Source: a virus. Taken from it: 64,000 nt of DNA. Every line of letters starts with the position of its first letter. Position 1 is the first letter of the stretch. A program made the position numbers and the translations under genes. The stretch is from positions 1 to 64,000 of IMG/VR virus record IMGVR_UViG_3300017725_000001; one strand, 5' to 3'. This document shows positions 16,759 to 26,030 of this stretch, piece after piece. Under the pieces are notes generated by a model. That model saw nothing but the letters and a program-made list of their open reading frames with translations, was not told the origin of the DNA and searched no databases.

Positions 16759-17010
16759 CTATTCCTTTGTTAATTTTCTTTTTTCTCTAATGGCTTCTTG
16801 TAAATCAAGTATTTGTTCGTTTTCTATTAGTCTGATAATAGTTTCAGTTACGCCAATGTCTTGTTGTATCATACCTAATTTAGCCATTAGTTTTTCAAGC
16901 TCTACAGTATAAAACTTTAATTCTTTTTTCTTTCGGTCACGTTGATCATAGATATCGGTAATATCTATTATTAATTTAGTTGACTTTGAGTTGTGTCCTA
17001 TTAAACTCAT
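16759..17010 (-). CDS. Small coiled-coil protein
   Basis: Start MSLIGH after GGAGAG. Confidence 0.6.
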   Translation of the reverse strand: MSLIGHNSKSTKLIIDITDIYDQRDRKKKELKFYTVELEKLMAKLGMIQQDIGVTETIIRLIENEQILDLQEAIREKRKLTKE

Positions 17011-17094
17011 CTTACTCTCCACTAAATAGGTTTTTCCGATGGCTTTAGTCCTATAGGATTTTCAATCCCGGGCCAAGATAACCTACTATACTAT

Positions 17095-17820
17095 TTAGTT
17101 AAACTCTTTAGCCGTAAATATACTATAACCTATCTTATGAGTTATACCTTCAGCTACAAAGTTTGATGCAGAATGTATTCTACCCATATCAAATATAATA
17201 GCATTTCCTGGTACCCATGGAATTACTTTTTCTACAGTTAAACCATGTAATGACTCATAAGGTAAATGACTCAAGTACTTTTGATGTATTTCTTTGTCAA
17301 AAGGTTTATCAGTATAATTAATGATATTTGAATAATCAGTTAAACTTTTATTGTAATAGCTTTCAGGTACCGGATCGTATCCTCTAAATAATTTAACAGG
17401 ACCATCTAAATATGCTTGATCAAATGTTACAAAATTTGTTTGCTTACTTATTTCTAAAGGTAATACCAAAGTTTTATATATAGGATAAATTTTTTCTTCA
17501 TAGTCGTCATTGTGTGCAATATGAGGTTTTTCAACTCTAAATATATTACTACCCCATACATAACAATTTGATCCTAAAATATCCCATACTAACTCTTGAA
17601 CTGGATTAAACCATTCTTGTTTCTCGTCTCTATCTGGACTATAATTCATTACAACAGGTCCTTGTGATCCTGATTGTTTATATTTTATAATTTTTTCAGA
17701 TCCACGAAAATACTCTAACAAATATTCAATCATTGACGGTGTAACTGCACCAACTAGATACTTAGAAGGTTTATATCTGTCTAATATTTTTTCTTTATCT
17801 TCTTGCGTTCTCATTACCAT
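17095..17820 (-). CDS. Putative 2OG-Fe(II)/cupin-fold oxygenase
   Basis: AHND (HxD), W.PGNAIIFD..RIHSA, distal K. Confidence 0.6.
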   Translation of the reverse strand: MVMRTQEDKEKILDRYKPSKYLVGAVTPSMIEYLLEYFRGSEKIIKYKQSGSQGPVVMNYSPDRDEKQEWFNPVQELVWDILGSNCYVWGSNIFRVEKPHIAHNDDYEEKIYPIYKTLVLPLEISKQTNFVTFDQAYLDGPVKLFRGYDPVPESYYNKSLTDYSNIINYTDKPFDKEIHQKYLSHLPYESLHGLTVEKVIPWVPGNAIIFDMGRIHSASNFVAEGITHKIGYSIFTAKEFN

Positions 17821-18023
17821 ACTCCTAACACTTTACCATTACCTGCTATAATAAAAATACAAGTAACAATGTGTAGTACTATCCAAAACGTTCTTGCTAT
17901 TAATGCTTTCTTTACATCAGTTTGTCTAATAGGAAGGAACTCTGGCTTGTCTTCATCATTGAGCCCAATTGGCATACCAACTGTCCTTGCCCAAGTTTTA
18001 AGCCAACGTCGTTGCCCACTCAC
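17814..18023 (-). CDS. Small membrane protein
   Basis: GTGA overlap with the fpr stop; C-terminal TM RTFWIVLHIVTCIFIIAG. Confidence 0.55.
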   Translation of the reverse strand: MSGQRRWLKTWARTVGMPIGLNDEDKPEFLPIRQTDVKKALIARTFWIVLHIVTCIFIIAGNGKVLGVW

Positions 18024-18802
18024 CCTACAAACGCCTTTTCTAGTACATAACTTCCTGGCTCCTTCATGGTGCCTTCTGTGAATCCTCGATCTTCTAAGAA
18101 TTCTTTTAATTCTAAATTCATAGGCATTGAACCGCAAATCATGACTCTATCGTTTTCCGCATCTAACGGTTCTAGCCCTAGTTTCTTTTGAATCTTACCT
18201 TCGTATAGTGCGGTTGTAACTCGTCCTTCGTTTTCACTTTCCTCACGTGTAGTGGTCATATATGTACAAAGTTTGTTTTGTGTTATCTGTCCATATATTG
18301 GATCATCGTTCAACCCTTCTAAATATTCTTTAAAAGGTAGTTCTTTTAAATTTCTTGCTCCCCATACTATAATAACCTTTTCATAATGTTTATAAGTATC
18401 TAATCCTCTAGCAATACTCATAAATGGTGCTATACCAGTACCTGTAGCCATCAAGTATAAGTTACGTCCAGGTAACATATTTTGATTAATTAATGTTCCT
18501 GTACTTTTTGTATTTACTTCAATTTCGTCACCAATTTTAATATCTTTTAACTTACTAGTTAGTGGTCCATCTGGAATTTTAATACTATAAAACTCTAAAT
18601 GCTCTTGATGATTAGGGCTTACTACACTATAAGCTCTCATGATGGGTTTATTTCTTTGTAATTTTTCTGACCAATTATCTAACCCTACCATCATAAACTC
18701 ACCATCAATGAATCTAGTTCCTGGGTCTCTTGTAGTCTTAAAATAAAACAATGTGTCAGTATAATGTTTTACTTCTAATACTCTTTCTTTTATTTTAGCC
18801 AT
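18020..18802 (-). CDS. fpr: Ferredoxin-NADP+ reductase (bacterial type)
   Basis: RAYSVVS, DGPLTS, ATGTGIAPF, MICGS, VLEKAFVG. Confidence 0.92.
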   Translation of the reverse strand: MAKIKERVLEVKHYTDTLFYFKTTRDPGTRFIDGEFMMVGLDNWSEKLQRNKPIMRAYSVVSPNHQEHLEFYSIKIPDGPLTSKLKDIKIGDEIEVNTKSTGTLINQNMLPGRNLYLMATGTGIAPFMSIARGLDTYKHYEKVIIVWGARNLKELPFKEYLEGLNDDPIYGQITQNKLCTYMTTTREESENEGRVTTALYEGKIQKKLGLEPLDAENDRVMICGSMPMNLELKEFLEDRGFTEGTMKEPGSYVLEKAFVG

Positions 18803-19523
18803 CGTATACGTCCATTTTATCCTTAATTAATTCTTTCCAATTTCTTAATGGGGCTGAATTTAATGCTTTAGCAACTTTACTGTATTCTTCATCATCGTAA
18901 TCAAACATTAATTTTCCTATGTCAACAGTACATACCGGACAATATTTTTTAATCATTTCAGTTTGAACCCGTTGCTCTTGTAGGTTGTCTTCTAATAATA
19001 ATTTATTCTTTAATTCACCGTACGGTCTTAATTTATTTGCTCTTTTAATTATCTTTCTAAAATGCTGAGGATCTCTAGCATCTAACAGATACAAACAATC
19101 TGGTCTTACTTTATCTAATATTTGTTCAAAACCGCCTTCCTTAATAGCTTCTTTTACATTATGTAATAAGTTTGGTTTACAAGCAATCTTAGTAAAATTT
19201 GTTACATTTTTAAGTCTTCTTTTTTCTTTACTAGCAGTTATATATGAATGTATAACGTGTTGTTCCCAATCTCTGGTATCATCATTTGAATGTAAATGAG
19301 ATGTATGCCTAGATTTTCCTTTTATTACTTTCCAAAGATTATGTTGCTCTATTGAATAGTGTAGAGGCTTATCAGTTTTTTGCCCCCAAAATTTATCTAT
19401 CATTCTATCTCTACCCCAACATTGGGAATCTAAAAATCCATCATGTTGAGACATAAACCACAAAAACATATTACCACTCATACAGGCTGTATGCATAAGT
19501 AAATGACATTCTACTTTATTCAC
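18795..19523 (-). CDS. Hypothetical protein, paralog of the next gene (sulfotransferase-like fold?)
   Basis: ECHLLMHTACMSGNMFLWFMSQH versus ECHLCVHSQGYYGNLFTWFFNLH; shared C-terminal VD...L.F.YD.E.Y...L.S.P..NW. Confidence 0.55.
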   Translation of the reverse strand: MNKVECHLLMHTACMSGNMFLWFMSQHDGFLDSQCWGRDRMIDKFWGQKTDKPLHYSIEQHNLWKVIKGKSRHTSHLHSNDDTRDWEQHVIHSYITASKEKRRLKNVTNFTKIACKPNLLHNVKEAIKEGGFEQILDKVRPDCLYLLDARDPQHFRKIIKRANKLRPYGELKNKLLLEDNLQEQRVQTEMIKKYCPVCTVDIGKLMFDYDDEEYSKVAKALNSAPLRNWKELIKDKMDVYDG

Positions 19524-20241
19524 CTATTAATTCCTTTGCATATTTTAATTTGTAATTCCAGTTATCTATAGGTCCTGATTTTAAGTATCTTAAAACATTT
19601 CTATATTGTTCTATATCGTATTTAAATAAAAGACCATCAACATCTACATCACATATTGTATAATCTTTTCTAATATTATTTATAGCTTCACTTGCAATGT
19701 CGTGTTGCTCTAAAAGATAGTCAACACTAAACTCTTCATTATGTGTATTTAATAGTTTTAATCTAGCTACAAGTTTCTCAAAAAATTCTGTATTATTTCT
19801 ATCAACTGTTAAATTATATATAACTGTTGGATTAATTTTTTTATATAAATCTAATTTATATAATTTATGTGGTGCATGAATATGTGTTTTTAATACTATC
19901 TTACGAAAATTAAGTTCTGGCAACCAATCGTGTTCTTTTTGTCTTTTAATGATACTTTCTAAAAACTCTTCCCAAGTATTATCTTCTACAAACCATTTAT
20001 GATAATCATCTGGTCTAAAATGAAAGTAACCTTTATCAAAGTTTTCTTTACTGTAGTCTCCTTGATCTTCAGTATTACTTTTTACTGTAAGTCTTGGACG
20101 TAAAGGGGCAGGTAAGCCTCCTTTATGTAGGTTAAAGAACCATGTAAATAAATTTCCATAATACCCTTGACTGTGTACACACAGATGGCATTCTATATTT
20201 TTCATTGAATCCAGTTTATTATTCCTCTGATTGCAAGACAC
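19516..20241 (-). CDS. Hypothetical protein, paralog of the previous gene (sulfotransferase-like fold?)
   Basis: See above; also KIVLKTH, reminiscent of sulfotransferase K-T-H. True start probably MKNIECH. Confidence 0.55.
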   Translation of the reverse strand: MSCNQRNNKLDSMKNIECHLCVHSQGYYGNLFTWFFNLHKGGLPAPLRPRLTVKSNTEDQGDYSKENFDKGYFHFRPDDYHKWFVEDNTWEEFLESIIKRQKEHDWLPELNFRKIVLKTHIHAPHKLYKLDLYKKINPTVIYNLTVDRNNTEFFEKLVARLKLLNTHNEEFSVDYLLEQHDIASEAINNIRKDYTICDVDVDGLLFKYDIEQYRNVLRYLKSGPIDNWNYKLKYAKELIGE

Positions 20242-20447
20242 AAATACATAAGTTCCATTAGAGCTCTAGGTATGTCTTTATCTTTATATCCCATATAAAC
20301 CCATATGCTACAACTAAAACAGGCTATACCCCAACCAATCCATTGAACTTCTGCATTACCACCTGACAAAAGAAATGCACTTAACATAGCAAGAATAAAT
20401 CCTACCCATCTCCATCCATCAATTTTATGATAGTAACGTATCTTCAT
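20202..20447 (-). CDS. Small 3-TM membrane protein
   Basis: Hydrophobic helices with W/G-rich ends. Confidence 0.55.
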   Translation of the reverse strand: MKIRYYHKIDGWRWVGFILAMLSAFLLSGGNAEVQWIGWGIACFSCSIWVYMGYKDKDIPRALMELMYLCLAIRGIINWIQ

Positions 20448-20500
20448 ATTTAGAATTTCTTTCAAAGTTAATTATATGTTATTTATGAAATTCTAAAGTT

Positions 20501-20576
20501 TGGTAGTCCGTAGGGGAATCGAACCCCTCTTTTCGCCGTGAAAGGGCGATGTCCTAAACCGATAGACGAACGGACC
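20501..20576 (-). tRNA. tRNA-Glu(UUC)
   Basis: GGTCCGT acceptor stem, CT-TTC-AC anticodon loop, GTTCGA T-loop, encoded CCA. Confidence 0.95.
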
Positions 20577-20581
20577 TTATA

Positions 20582-21097
20582 TTACTCGTGTTCACCTCCA
20601 GGATCATTTGGATCCAATGGAACTTTTTGTGCATTACCATGTTTATCTCTATAGATAGTATATGTTCTGCCTCGACCATATGAAGTATATCCACTAGCAA
20701 AATTTATTAATTTTGTAGGATTACGTTTTGCAGTTTCAAATGTTGCTACTGTAACTGCAATAGCACCTAACAATAGTGTATGTAATACCATGCTGAACAC
20801 ACCCATATACATACTACCTACAATAATGCCAAATACTGTACACCACATCCATGCCAATACTTGCATAATCATATGTCGTGTACTAAAATCTGGAATATTA
20901 CTTAATGGATTTCTCTTATCATCCATTACACTATTCCAACAATCATAAACCCATTCTCTCATATCTTTCACCTTTTCAAATTTTACTTTTTTAGGATAGT
21001 TAGCATCTGCACTATCTCTAAAATCTATTGCATCATACAGATCGTGAAACTTTTCAACAACCTTGTGATCTCTAAAGTATGCTGATACTTTATACAT
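20582..21097 (-). CDS. Hypothetical membrane protein
   Basis: NPLSNIPD..RHMIMQVLAWMWC followed by two TMs. Confidence 0.6.
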   Translation of the reverse strand: MYKVSAYFRDHKVVEKFHDLYDAIDFRDSADANYPKKVKFEKVKDMREWVYDCWNSVMDDKRNPLSNIPDFSTRHMIMQVLAWMWCTVFGIIVGSMYMGVFSMVLHTLLLGAIAVTVATFETAKRNPTKLINFASGYTSYGRGRTYTIYRDKHGNAQKVPLDPNDPGGEHE

Positions 21098-21115
21098 TAC
21101 TTCTCCAATTCTTAA

Positions 21116-21192
21116 TGGCGAGAGTGAAGGGACTCGAACCCTCGGCCTTCTGCGTGACAGGCAGACGCTCTAACCAACTGAGCTACACCCCC
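21116..21192 (-). tRNA. tRNA-Asp(GUC)
   Basis: TAGCTCAGTTGGTTAGAGC D-arm, CT-GTC-AC loop, GTTCGA, CCA; upstream TTGACA promoter near 21229-21234. Confidence 0.95.
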
Positions 21193-21241
21193 AATTTAAG
21201 TTTTAATTATACTACTGTTTTACTGAAATGTCAAGACTAGA

Positions 21242-21712
21242 TTATTTTCGTTTTGGTTTGCACCAAGTCTCTTTTTTGTCGCCATAATATTCTCTGGCAA
21301 AGCCGTTTTCAATAAGCATATGTCTAAGACTTTTACCATCAATAATAATGTCGCCTAACACTCTGCCACCAAATTTATCCCATTTAGCAATCGCTACTTG
21401 TAATTTTTTAGCATTGTTTAATTGATCTTTGGTAAACTGTGATGCTTCTTCACCCCACTTGGCTTCTGATTCGCATTCAGCTCTCCAACCTTTTTCTGGC
21501 GTGTCAACTCCATATACTCTTATACTTAATTCTTGTTTGAGTGGTGCCGGAAGAAATGGCGCCGCAAATGCTACTGTATCTCCATCAATCACTCTAGTAA
21601 TTTCGTAATTGTATACTTTCATTTCAACTTCTTTTGCTACTGCTGGCCCAAATAATAATTGAGCTATTGTAAGTATTGTTGCCAATCCTAGTATAATATA
21701 TACGTTTCTCAT
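21242..21712 (-). CDS. Secreted/membrane-anchored thermonuclease (SNase family)
   Basis: Signal peptide, RVIDGDT, IRVYGVDTPE, DKFGGRVLG. Confidence 0.85.
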   Translation of the reverse strand: MRNVYIILGLATILTIAQLLFGPAVAKEVEMKVYNYEITRVIDGDTVAFAAPFLPAPLKQELSIRVYGVDTPEKGWRAECESEAKWGEEASQFTKDQLNNAKKLQVAIAKWDKFGGRVLGDIIIDGKSLRHMLIENGFAREYYGDKKETWCKPKRK

Positions 21713-21739
21713 TTTAATGTTTTCCTATTCTATTAGTAT

Positions 21740-22684
21740 TTATAGATATTGTGAAAATGTTTCTGTATATAACTGTTTTTTCTGTTTATATACTTTAATA
21801 TAATCAATTAAATATTTTTTTAGTCTAAAAGAATTAACTATTCCCAAATATGCCATAATGTCTTCTGTTTTAGTAAACCAGTCATCTCCAACAACAATAT
21901 GATCTATTTCTTTATTTGTATATGAGAAAAGTGTTTCTGTAAAATCTGCTTCTTGGCTTTTTACTTCAAATAGTCTTTTATGATCTTCTGCATCAATAAA
22001 ATCAATATCATCTTTACCATTTTCTAATGCAGTTCTTAAATCGTTATGAGCAAAATTTAATTGCCACATATATTTTAAATCTCCATCTTTCCATCTACGT
22101 AACATAGCATCATGATATTTTTTATACCAAACTTCTTTCCAATTTTCAACACTGGTATGTTCTTGTATCCATGATTCAGTTTGTTCAATAATATCATCTG
22201 GAGTTTCAATCCAAGCGAATGCATACTGGCTTATATAAAAAAACATCTGTTCTTCAACACTATTATCAACTAATAAAGTTTTGTCTGCTTTGATTATAGT
22301 TTCTGGATTAACTAAATTGCCGCCATAGTTACTCCAAACAAAATAATCAAATTTACTTTTATCTTTAATAAAAGGTTTTGTTACATCAATAGTTCCTTCA
22401 TGGGCTGGATTGTGCTTAACTAGTTTTCCATTTACTACAACACTCTGCGGTACATTGCTAGGCTGTTGATTTGTTGTTTCTAGTAGTGTTAATGATTTTC
22501 TATGTTTTTCATGATAAGGCGATTGACTATCTTCTATTAATACACCGCCTACGTGATGTCCTCTAGGTCTACAATACCCATCATTAAATGCATATAGTTC
22601 TGGACCTATGTTTAATTCTTGTGATAACCACCAGTTAATTGCTGGTGCTGAACCTGTATTATTTTGGTATATAATTATATCCAT
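21740..22684 (-). CDS. Hypothetical protein (314 aa)
   Basis: Start MDIIIY; the ORF-track extension overlaps tRNA-Ala. Confidence 0.6.
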   Translation of the reverse strand: MDIIIYQNNTGSAPAINWWLSQELNIGPELYAFNDGYCRPRGHHVGGVLIEDSQSPYHEKHRKSLTLLETTNQQPSNVPQSVVVNGKLVKHNPAHEGTIDVTKPFIKDKSKFDYFVWSNYGGNLVNPETIIKADKTLLVDNSVEEQMFFYISQYAFAWIETPDDIIEQTESWIQEHTSVENWKEVWYKKYHDAMLRRWKDGDLKYMWQLNFAHNDLRTALENGKDDIDFIDAEDHKRLFEVKSQEADFTETLFSYTNKEIDHIVVGDDWFTKTEDIMAYLGIVNSFRLKKYLIDYIKVYKQKKQLYTETFSQYL

Positions 22685-22701
22685 ATGAATCTCTTTTTTA
22701 A

Positions 22702-22777
22702 TGGTGGAGGATACAGGAATCGAACCTGCGACCTCCTGAATGCAAATCAGGCGCTCTCCCAACTGAGCTAATCCCCC
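22702..22777 (-). tRNA. tRNA-Ala(UGC)
   Basis: G3-U70 pair, TT-TGC-AT loop, CCA. Confidence 0.95.
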
Positions 22778-22784
22778 AAAAAAA

Positions 22785-22811
22785 AGTTAACACACCTAAA
22801 TGTGTTAACTA
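22785..22811 (-). terminator. Hairpin / intrinsic terminator
   Basis: agttaacac..gtgttaact followed by a T-run on the minus strand. Confidence 0.5.
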
Positions 22812-22815
22812 AAGT

Positions 22816-23022
22816 TTAGTCTTTGAAATATTTGTTAAGCATTTCAAGTCTGTCATGTGCAGTAGCCATTTTATCTAGCTCTTTTTGGATCGTTTCAACG
22901 ATGTCTGAATGTTCGCCAATACCTACTACTTGCCTCATATAAACCTCAATGTTAGCTTTATGAAGGTCAATTTCTGCTTCTGCGTGTTTCTTTGCCGCCG
23001 CTAAAATTATTTCTTTCAACAT
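22816..23022 (-). CDS. Conserved small phage hypothetical protein
   Basis: HKANIEVY...VGIGEHSDIVETIQKELD pattern; AAGGA SD. Confidence 0.65.
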   Translation of the reverse strand: MLKEIILAAAKKHAEAEIDLHKANIEVYMRQVVGIGEHSDIVETIQKELDKMATAHDRLEMLNKYFKD

Positions 23023-23263
23023 AAATTCCTTTCCTAGCTACACCGTCTATAAACCTACTTGAGTGCTTACTCCAATGTTATTCATTTACTTCTTGTAATT
23101 TTGTACTTCTTTATATTTAGTCTTTGTTTTGTATGTCCTGCGTTGGGCTTTGTTTCAAAAGGGCCCTGTCCTGTAATATCCTTTGTGTGTATTTTATTTT
23201 AGTTATATGTCCTTAACACTTAACCGTGAGTGTTAAACGTGTGTATTACGGCACAACCCGATT

Positions 23264-23348
23264 TGGTGCCCTCGGAGAGACTCGAACTCTCACGTCTTGC
23301 GACACAGGTTCCTAAGACCTGCGTGTCTACCAATTCCACCACAAGGGC
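23264..23348 (-). tRNA. tRNA-Leu(UAG)
   Basis: GGTGGAATTGGTAGACAC D-arm, CT-TAG-GA loop, long variable arm, CCA. Confidence 0.95.
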
Positions 23349-23358
23349 AAATACTTAA

Positions 23359-23434
23359 TGGTGCCGTTACACGGATTCGAACCGCGGACCTACTGATTAC
23401 AAATCAGTTGCTCTACCAGCTGAGCTATAACGGC
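23359..23434 (-). tRNA. tRNA-Thr(UGU)
   Basis: ACTGA-TT-TGT-AA-TCAGT anticodon arm, CCA. Confidence 0.95.
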
Positions 23435-23449
23435 ATAATTTTATTTAGT

Positions 23450-23659
23450 TCAGTCTTGAACTTGTCTATTAACCTTTGCCACTTGCAGTAATATATCTAC
23501 TCCAAGTACATCTTCTAACTTTGACCAGGGATCAATGAAGGTATCTCTTTCATCATCATAAGTGTAAGTTCCTATAAGATCTTCTGACTTCTGATATATA
23601 TCATTAATATCATTAGCTAGTTTCTCATATCTGTTGATAAGATCTAAATCGTCGCCCAC
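23450..23659 (-). CDS. Hypothetical protein
   Basis: 69-aa ORF coupled to the upstream gene. Confidence 0.5.
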   Translation of the reverse strand: MGDDLDLINRYEKLANDINDIYQKSEDLIGTYTYDDERDTFIDPWSKLEDVLGVDILLQVAKVNRQVQD

Positions 23660-23940
23660 TATTGTAACTCAGGAAACATCTGCTTTACATAGTTCTTTAC
23701 TATGACTTTTGTATCATTATCAACAGTTTCTATAGAAATTTTACCGGTACCCTTGTCTCTTACTTCGTCTTTTGCTAATTGCAATAATTCTCTTTTGTTT
23801 AGTTTCTGAATTTTTGCTAAATCAACAATATTACTAGTAAAAGCACTTAAGATATATGTGCTAACATCGTCAATACACATAGGTACTTCGATCTTAGCTT
23901 TTATCCTTTTGATCCCATCTTCATATTTTGTTGCTCTCAT
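23659..23940 (-). CDS. Hypothetical protein
   Basis: 93 aa; TATAAATA box at 23982-23989. Confidence 0.6.
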   Translation of the reverse strand: MRATKYEDGIKRIKAKIEVPMCIDDVSTYILSAFTSNIVDLAKIQKLNKRELLQLAKDEVRDKGTGKISIETVDNDTKVIVKNYVKQMFPELQ

Positions 23941-23980
23941 ATTATTTTACTCTATTAGCCTTTAATTGCCGTTCATACTT

Positions 23981-24403
23981 TTATTTATAAGGTGTATGAC
24001 ACTTACTTACAAGTATACCTACTGTATTATTTGAAGTTGATGTAATAGTATGAATCATTGTAACAAAGTTCATTTCTGCTACAGTTTCTACACCATTTAC
24101 ATTTTTAACTCCAATCCAAGTATGATCAGGACCGCCTACATCTTGTTTTACGTTATACTCGTTTGTGTACAACCAAATTGATGTTTCGTTGTTTGTAATA
24201 CTTGCATTTAGTATTTGTTTACTCATTTCTTCATTTATTACGCCATCTGTTGTAGCTGTCGCACTATCTGGCAAACATACCAAAGTATGTTGTAGATCAT
24301 CTTGTGCAACATCTAGTGATGTTTGATGTTTTGCCTTTTGTCCTGCAAATACAGAACTTGACATTCCCATTATTAACGCCATTGTAAAGATTACTTTAAT
24401 CAT
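23981..24403 (-). CDS. Exported hypothetical protein
   Basis: Signal peptide ending VFA; own TTGACA-N17-TATATT promoter and GAGG SD. Confidence 0.6.
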   Translation of the reverse strand: MIKVIFTMALIMGMSSSVFAGQKAKHQTSLDVAQDDLQHTLVCLPDSATATTDGVINEEMSKQILNASITNNETSIWLYTNEYNVKQDVGGPDHTWIGVKNVNGVETVAEMNFVTMIHTITSTSNNTVGILVSKCHTPYK

Positions 24404-24515
24404 AATTACCTCTTTTGTTAGTTATTAAGTATTAATATACAGGCAAGAGCTTCTTTTGTCAACCAAGAAATGTTATTTTTATTGGTTTTTTTAAACTTTT
24501 TTACTTTTATGTACA

Positions 24516-26030
24516 TTAACTGGTCTTTATAGGATAACCACTGTTAAAAGGCGTATATAGCAGTTTATTCGCCGAATTTAGTATGGATCTACTGTTGGAA
24601 TAATCGTCATCTAGTCCTGATGAATATATATTATCTTGGCTTGCCAAGTTTCTAATTTTTTGTTTCAATGATGCGGCGGTATGGTAAGGTTCTAACTGTA
24701 GTATACACGCACCTAGTCCACAAACCTGTGGACTTGCCATACTTGTACCAGTAATATTATTTTGTTTATAATTACTATTAGCATGATATGTACTTCCTCC
24801 GCTCTCATTTGTCCATGCACTCATTATATTTGTTCCTGGTGCATATACTGTAATTCCTGGTCCTGTTTCGCTTGAACTTGCTTTTTGTTCTAGTCCACCA
24901 CTGTGCAAGTTACTATCTAAATTACCAATCATCATTGCGTTATTACCAAATGGTGATCCACCTCTGTGATAATAATTTTTTGTTCCGTTAGTATTAGTAT
25001 AATAGTTATTATAATCTATACCACCTGTTTCATCTATTTTTTGTCTTGAATTTCCTGCCGCTATACAAACGTGTATACCTTCATCGGCTAATTCCTGCAC
25101 ATCTGCATCTGTACTAATTACTCTTATTGGATGTCTACTAAAAAATCCACCACCTATCATTCCATAGTCTGCTCTTTTACTAGTTCCTGTCCAATTTGTT
25201 CCTCTGTAATTACCACCTGTAATATTAACAAACCCTGTACCTGTTCCCCAACTCATATTAACTATTGTTGGTCTTCTGTATCCTGTACTTGTAATTGGTT
25301 TATTTCTATGCCATAGTTTAATGATATCAAATGCTCCTGAAACTGGAAAGCCTTGTGTATCACCTGACAAATTTACTCTAACACTATAGATATGTGCATT
25401 TTTAGCCCAGCCATAATTTAGACCTGCTACTGTTCCTGCACAATGTGATCCATGTCCATTCCAATCTGAATAATGTCCAGAAGGCATTGAACCACTTATA
25501 CCACTTTCAGCATACCAATCAATTTGTTTTATTCTACTATTACCATCTGCATCATTAAACTCTGGGTGACCTATTTGTATACCTGTGTCTTGTATTACAA
25601 CATCAACTCCTGTACCGTCTAATGTATAAGCAAATTGATCATCACTTGGAGATGAGAATGTATAAGGATTATTTTGTTCTATGCATCTACGCATACCCCA
25701 ATTCATATAATTGCCACTATCTGATGTTGTTTTTGAAAAATTTCCTGTTTGGATAGCAAGGGGTTCAATAATTAAATTGTCGTCTTGCTCTGGTGGTAGT
25801 TCTACTGCATCTACTCTTGAATCTTTTCTTAATTTAATTACTTCTAATGCGTTCAAGGCATAGTGTGTATTTCTTTTACTACCTGGTCTAGCATTTGCTA
25901 CATCTACAGTTCTATTAGGAATATCACCTGCGCCAGTAGACGCAATCATTTCTTGATTAAACTGTGCATAATCAACGTCTGATTTTAATGTAACAATATA
26001 TTCACGTTCTATCAATTTAAATCTACCCAC
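24516..26030 (-). CDS. Subtilisin-like (S8) serine protease
   Basis: VVIQDTGI (Asp), HGSHCAG (His), AAGN, GTSMASP (Ser); true start may be the TTG near 26015. Confidence 0.9.
   Translation of the reverse strand: MGRFKLIEREYIVTLKSDVDYAQFNQEMIASTGAGDIPNRTVDVANARPGSKRNTHYALNALEVIKLRKDSRVDAVELPPEQDDNLIIEPLAIQTGNFSKTTSDSGNYMNWGMRRCIEQNNPYTFSSPSDDQFAYTLDGTGVDVVIQDTGIQIGHPEFNDADGNSRIKQIDWYAESGISGSMPSGHYSDWNGHGSHCAGTVAGLNYGWAKNAHIYSVRVNLSGDTQGFPVSGAFDIIKLWHRNKPITSTGYRRPTIVNMSWGTGTGFVNITGGNYRGTNWTGTSKRADYGMIGGGFFSRHPIRVISTDADVQELADEGIHVCIAAGNSRQKIDETGGIDYNNYYTNTNGTKNYYHRGGSPFGNNAMMIGNLDSNLHSGGLEQKASSSETGPGITVYAPGTNIMSAWTNESGGSTYHANSNYKQNNITGTSMASPQVCGLGACILQLEPYHTAASLKQKIRNLASQDNIYSSGLDDDYSNSRSILNSANKLLYTPFNSGYPIKTS

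Noticed and set aside
22685-22762. N-terminal extension of ORF 21740..22762, and ORF 23297..23491
   Set aside because: Both overlap tRNA genes (Ala; Leu/Thr).
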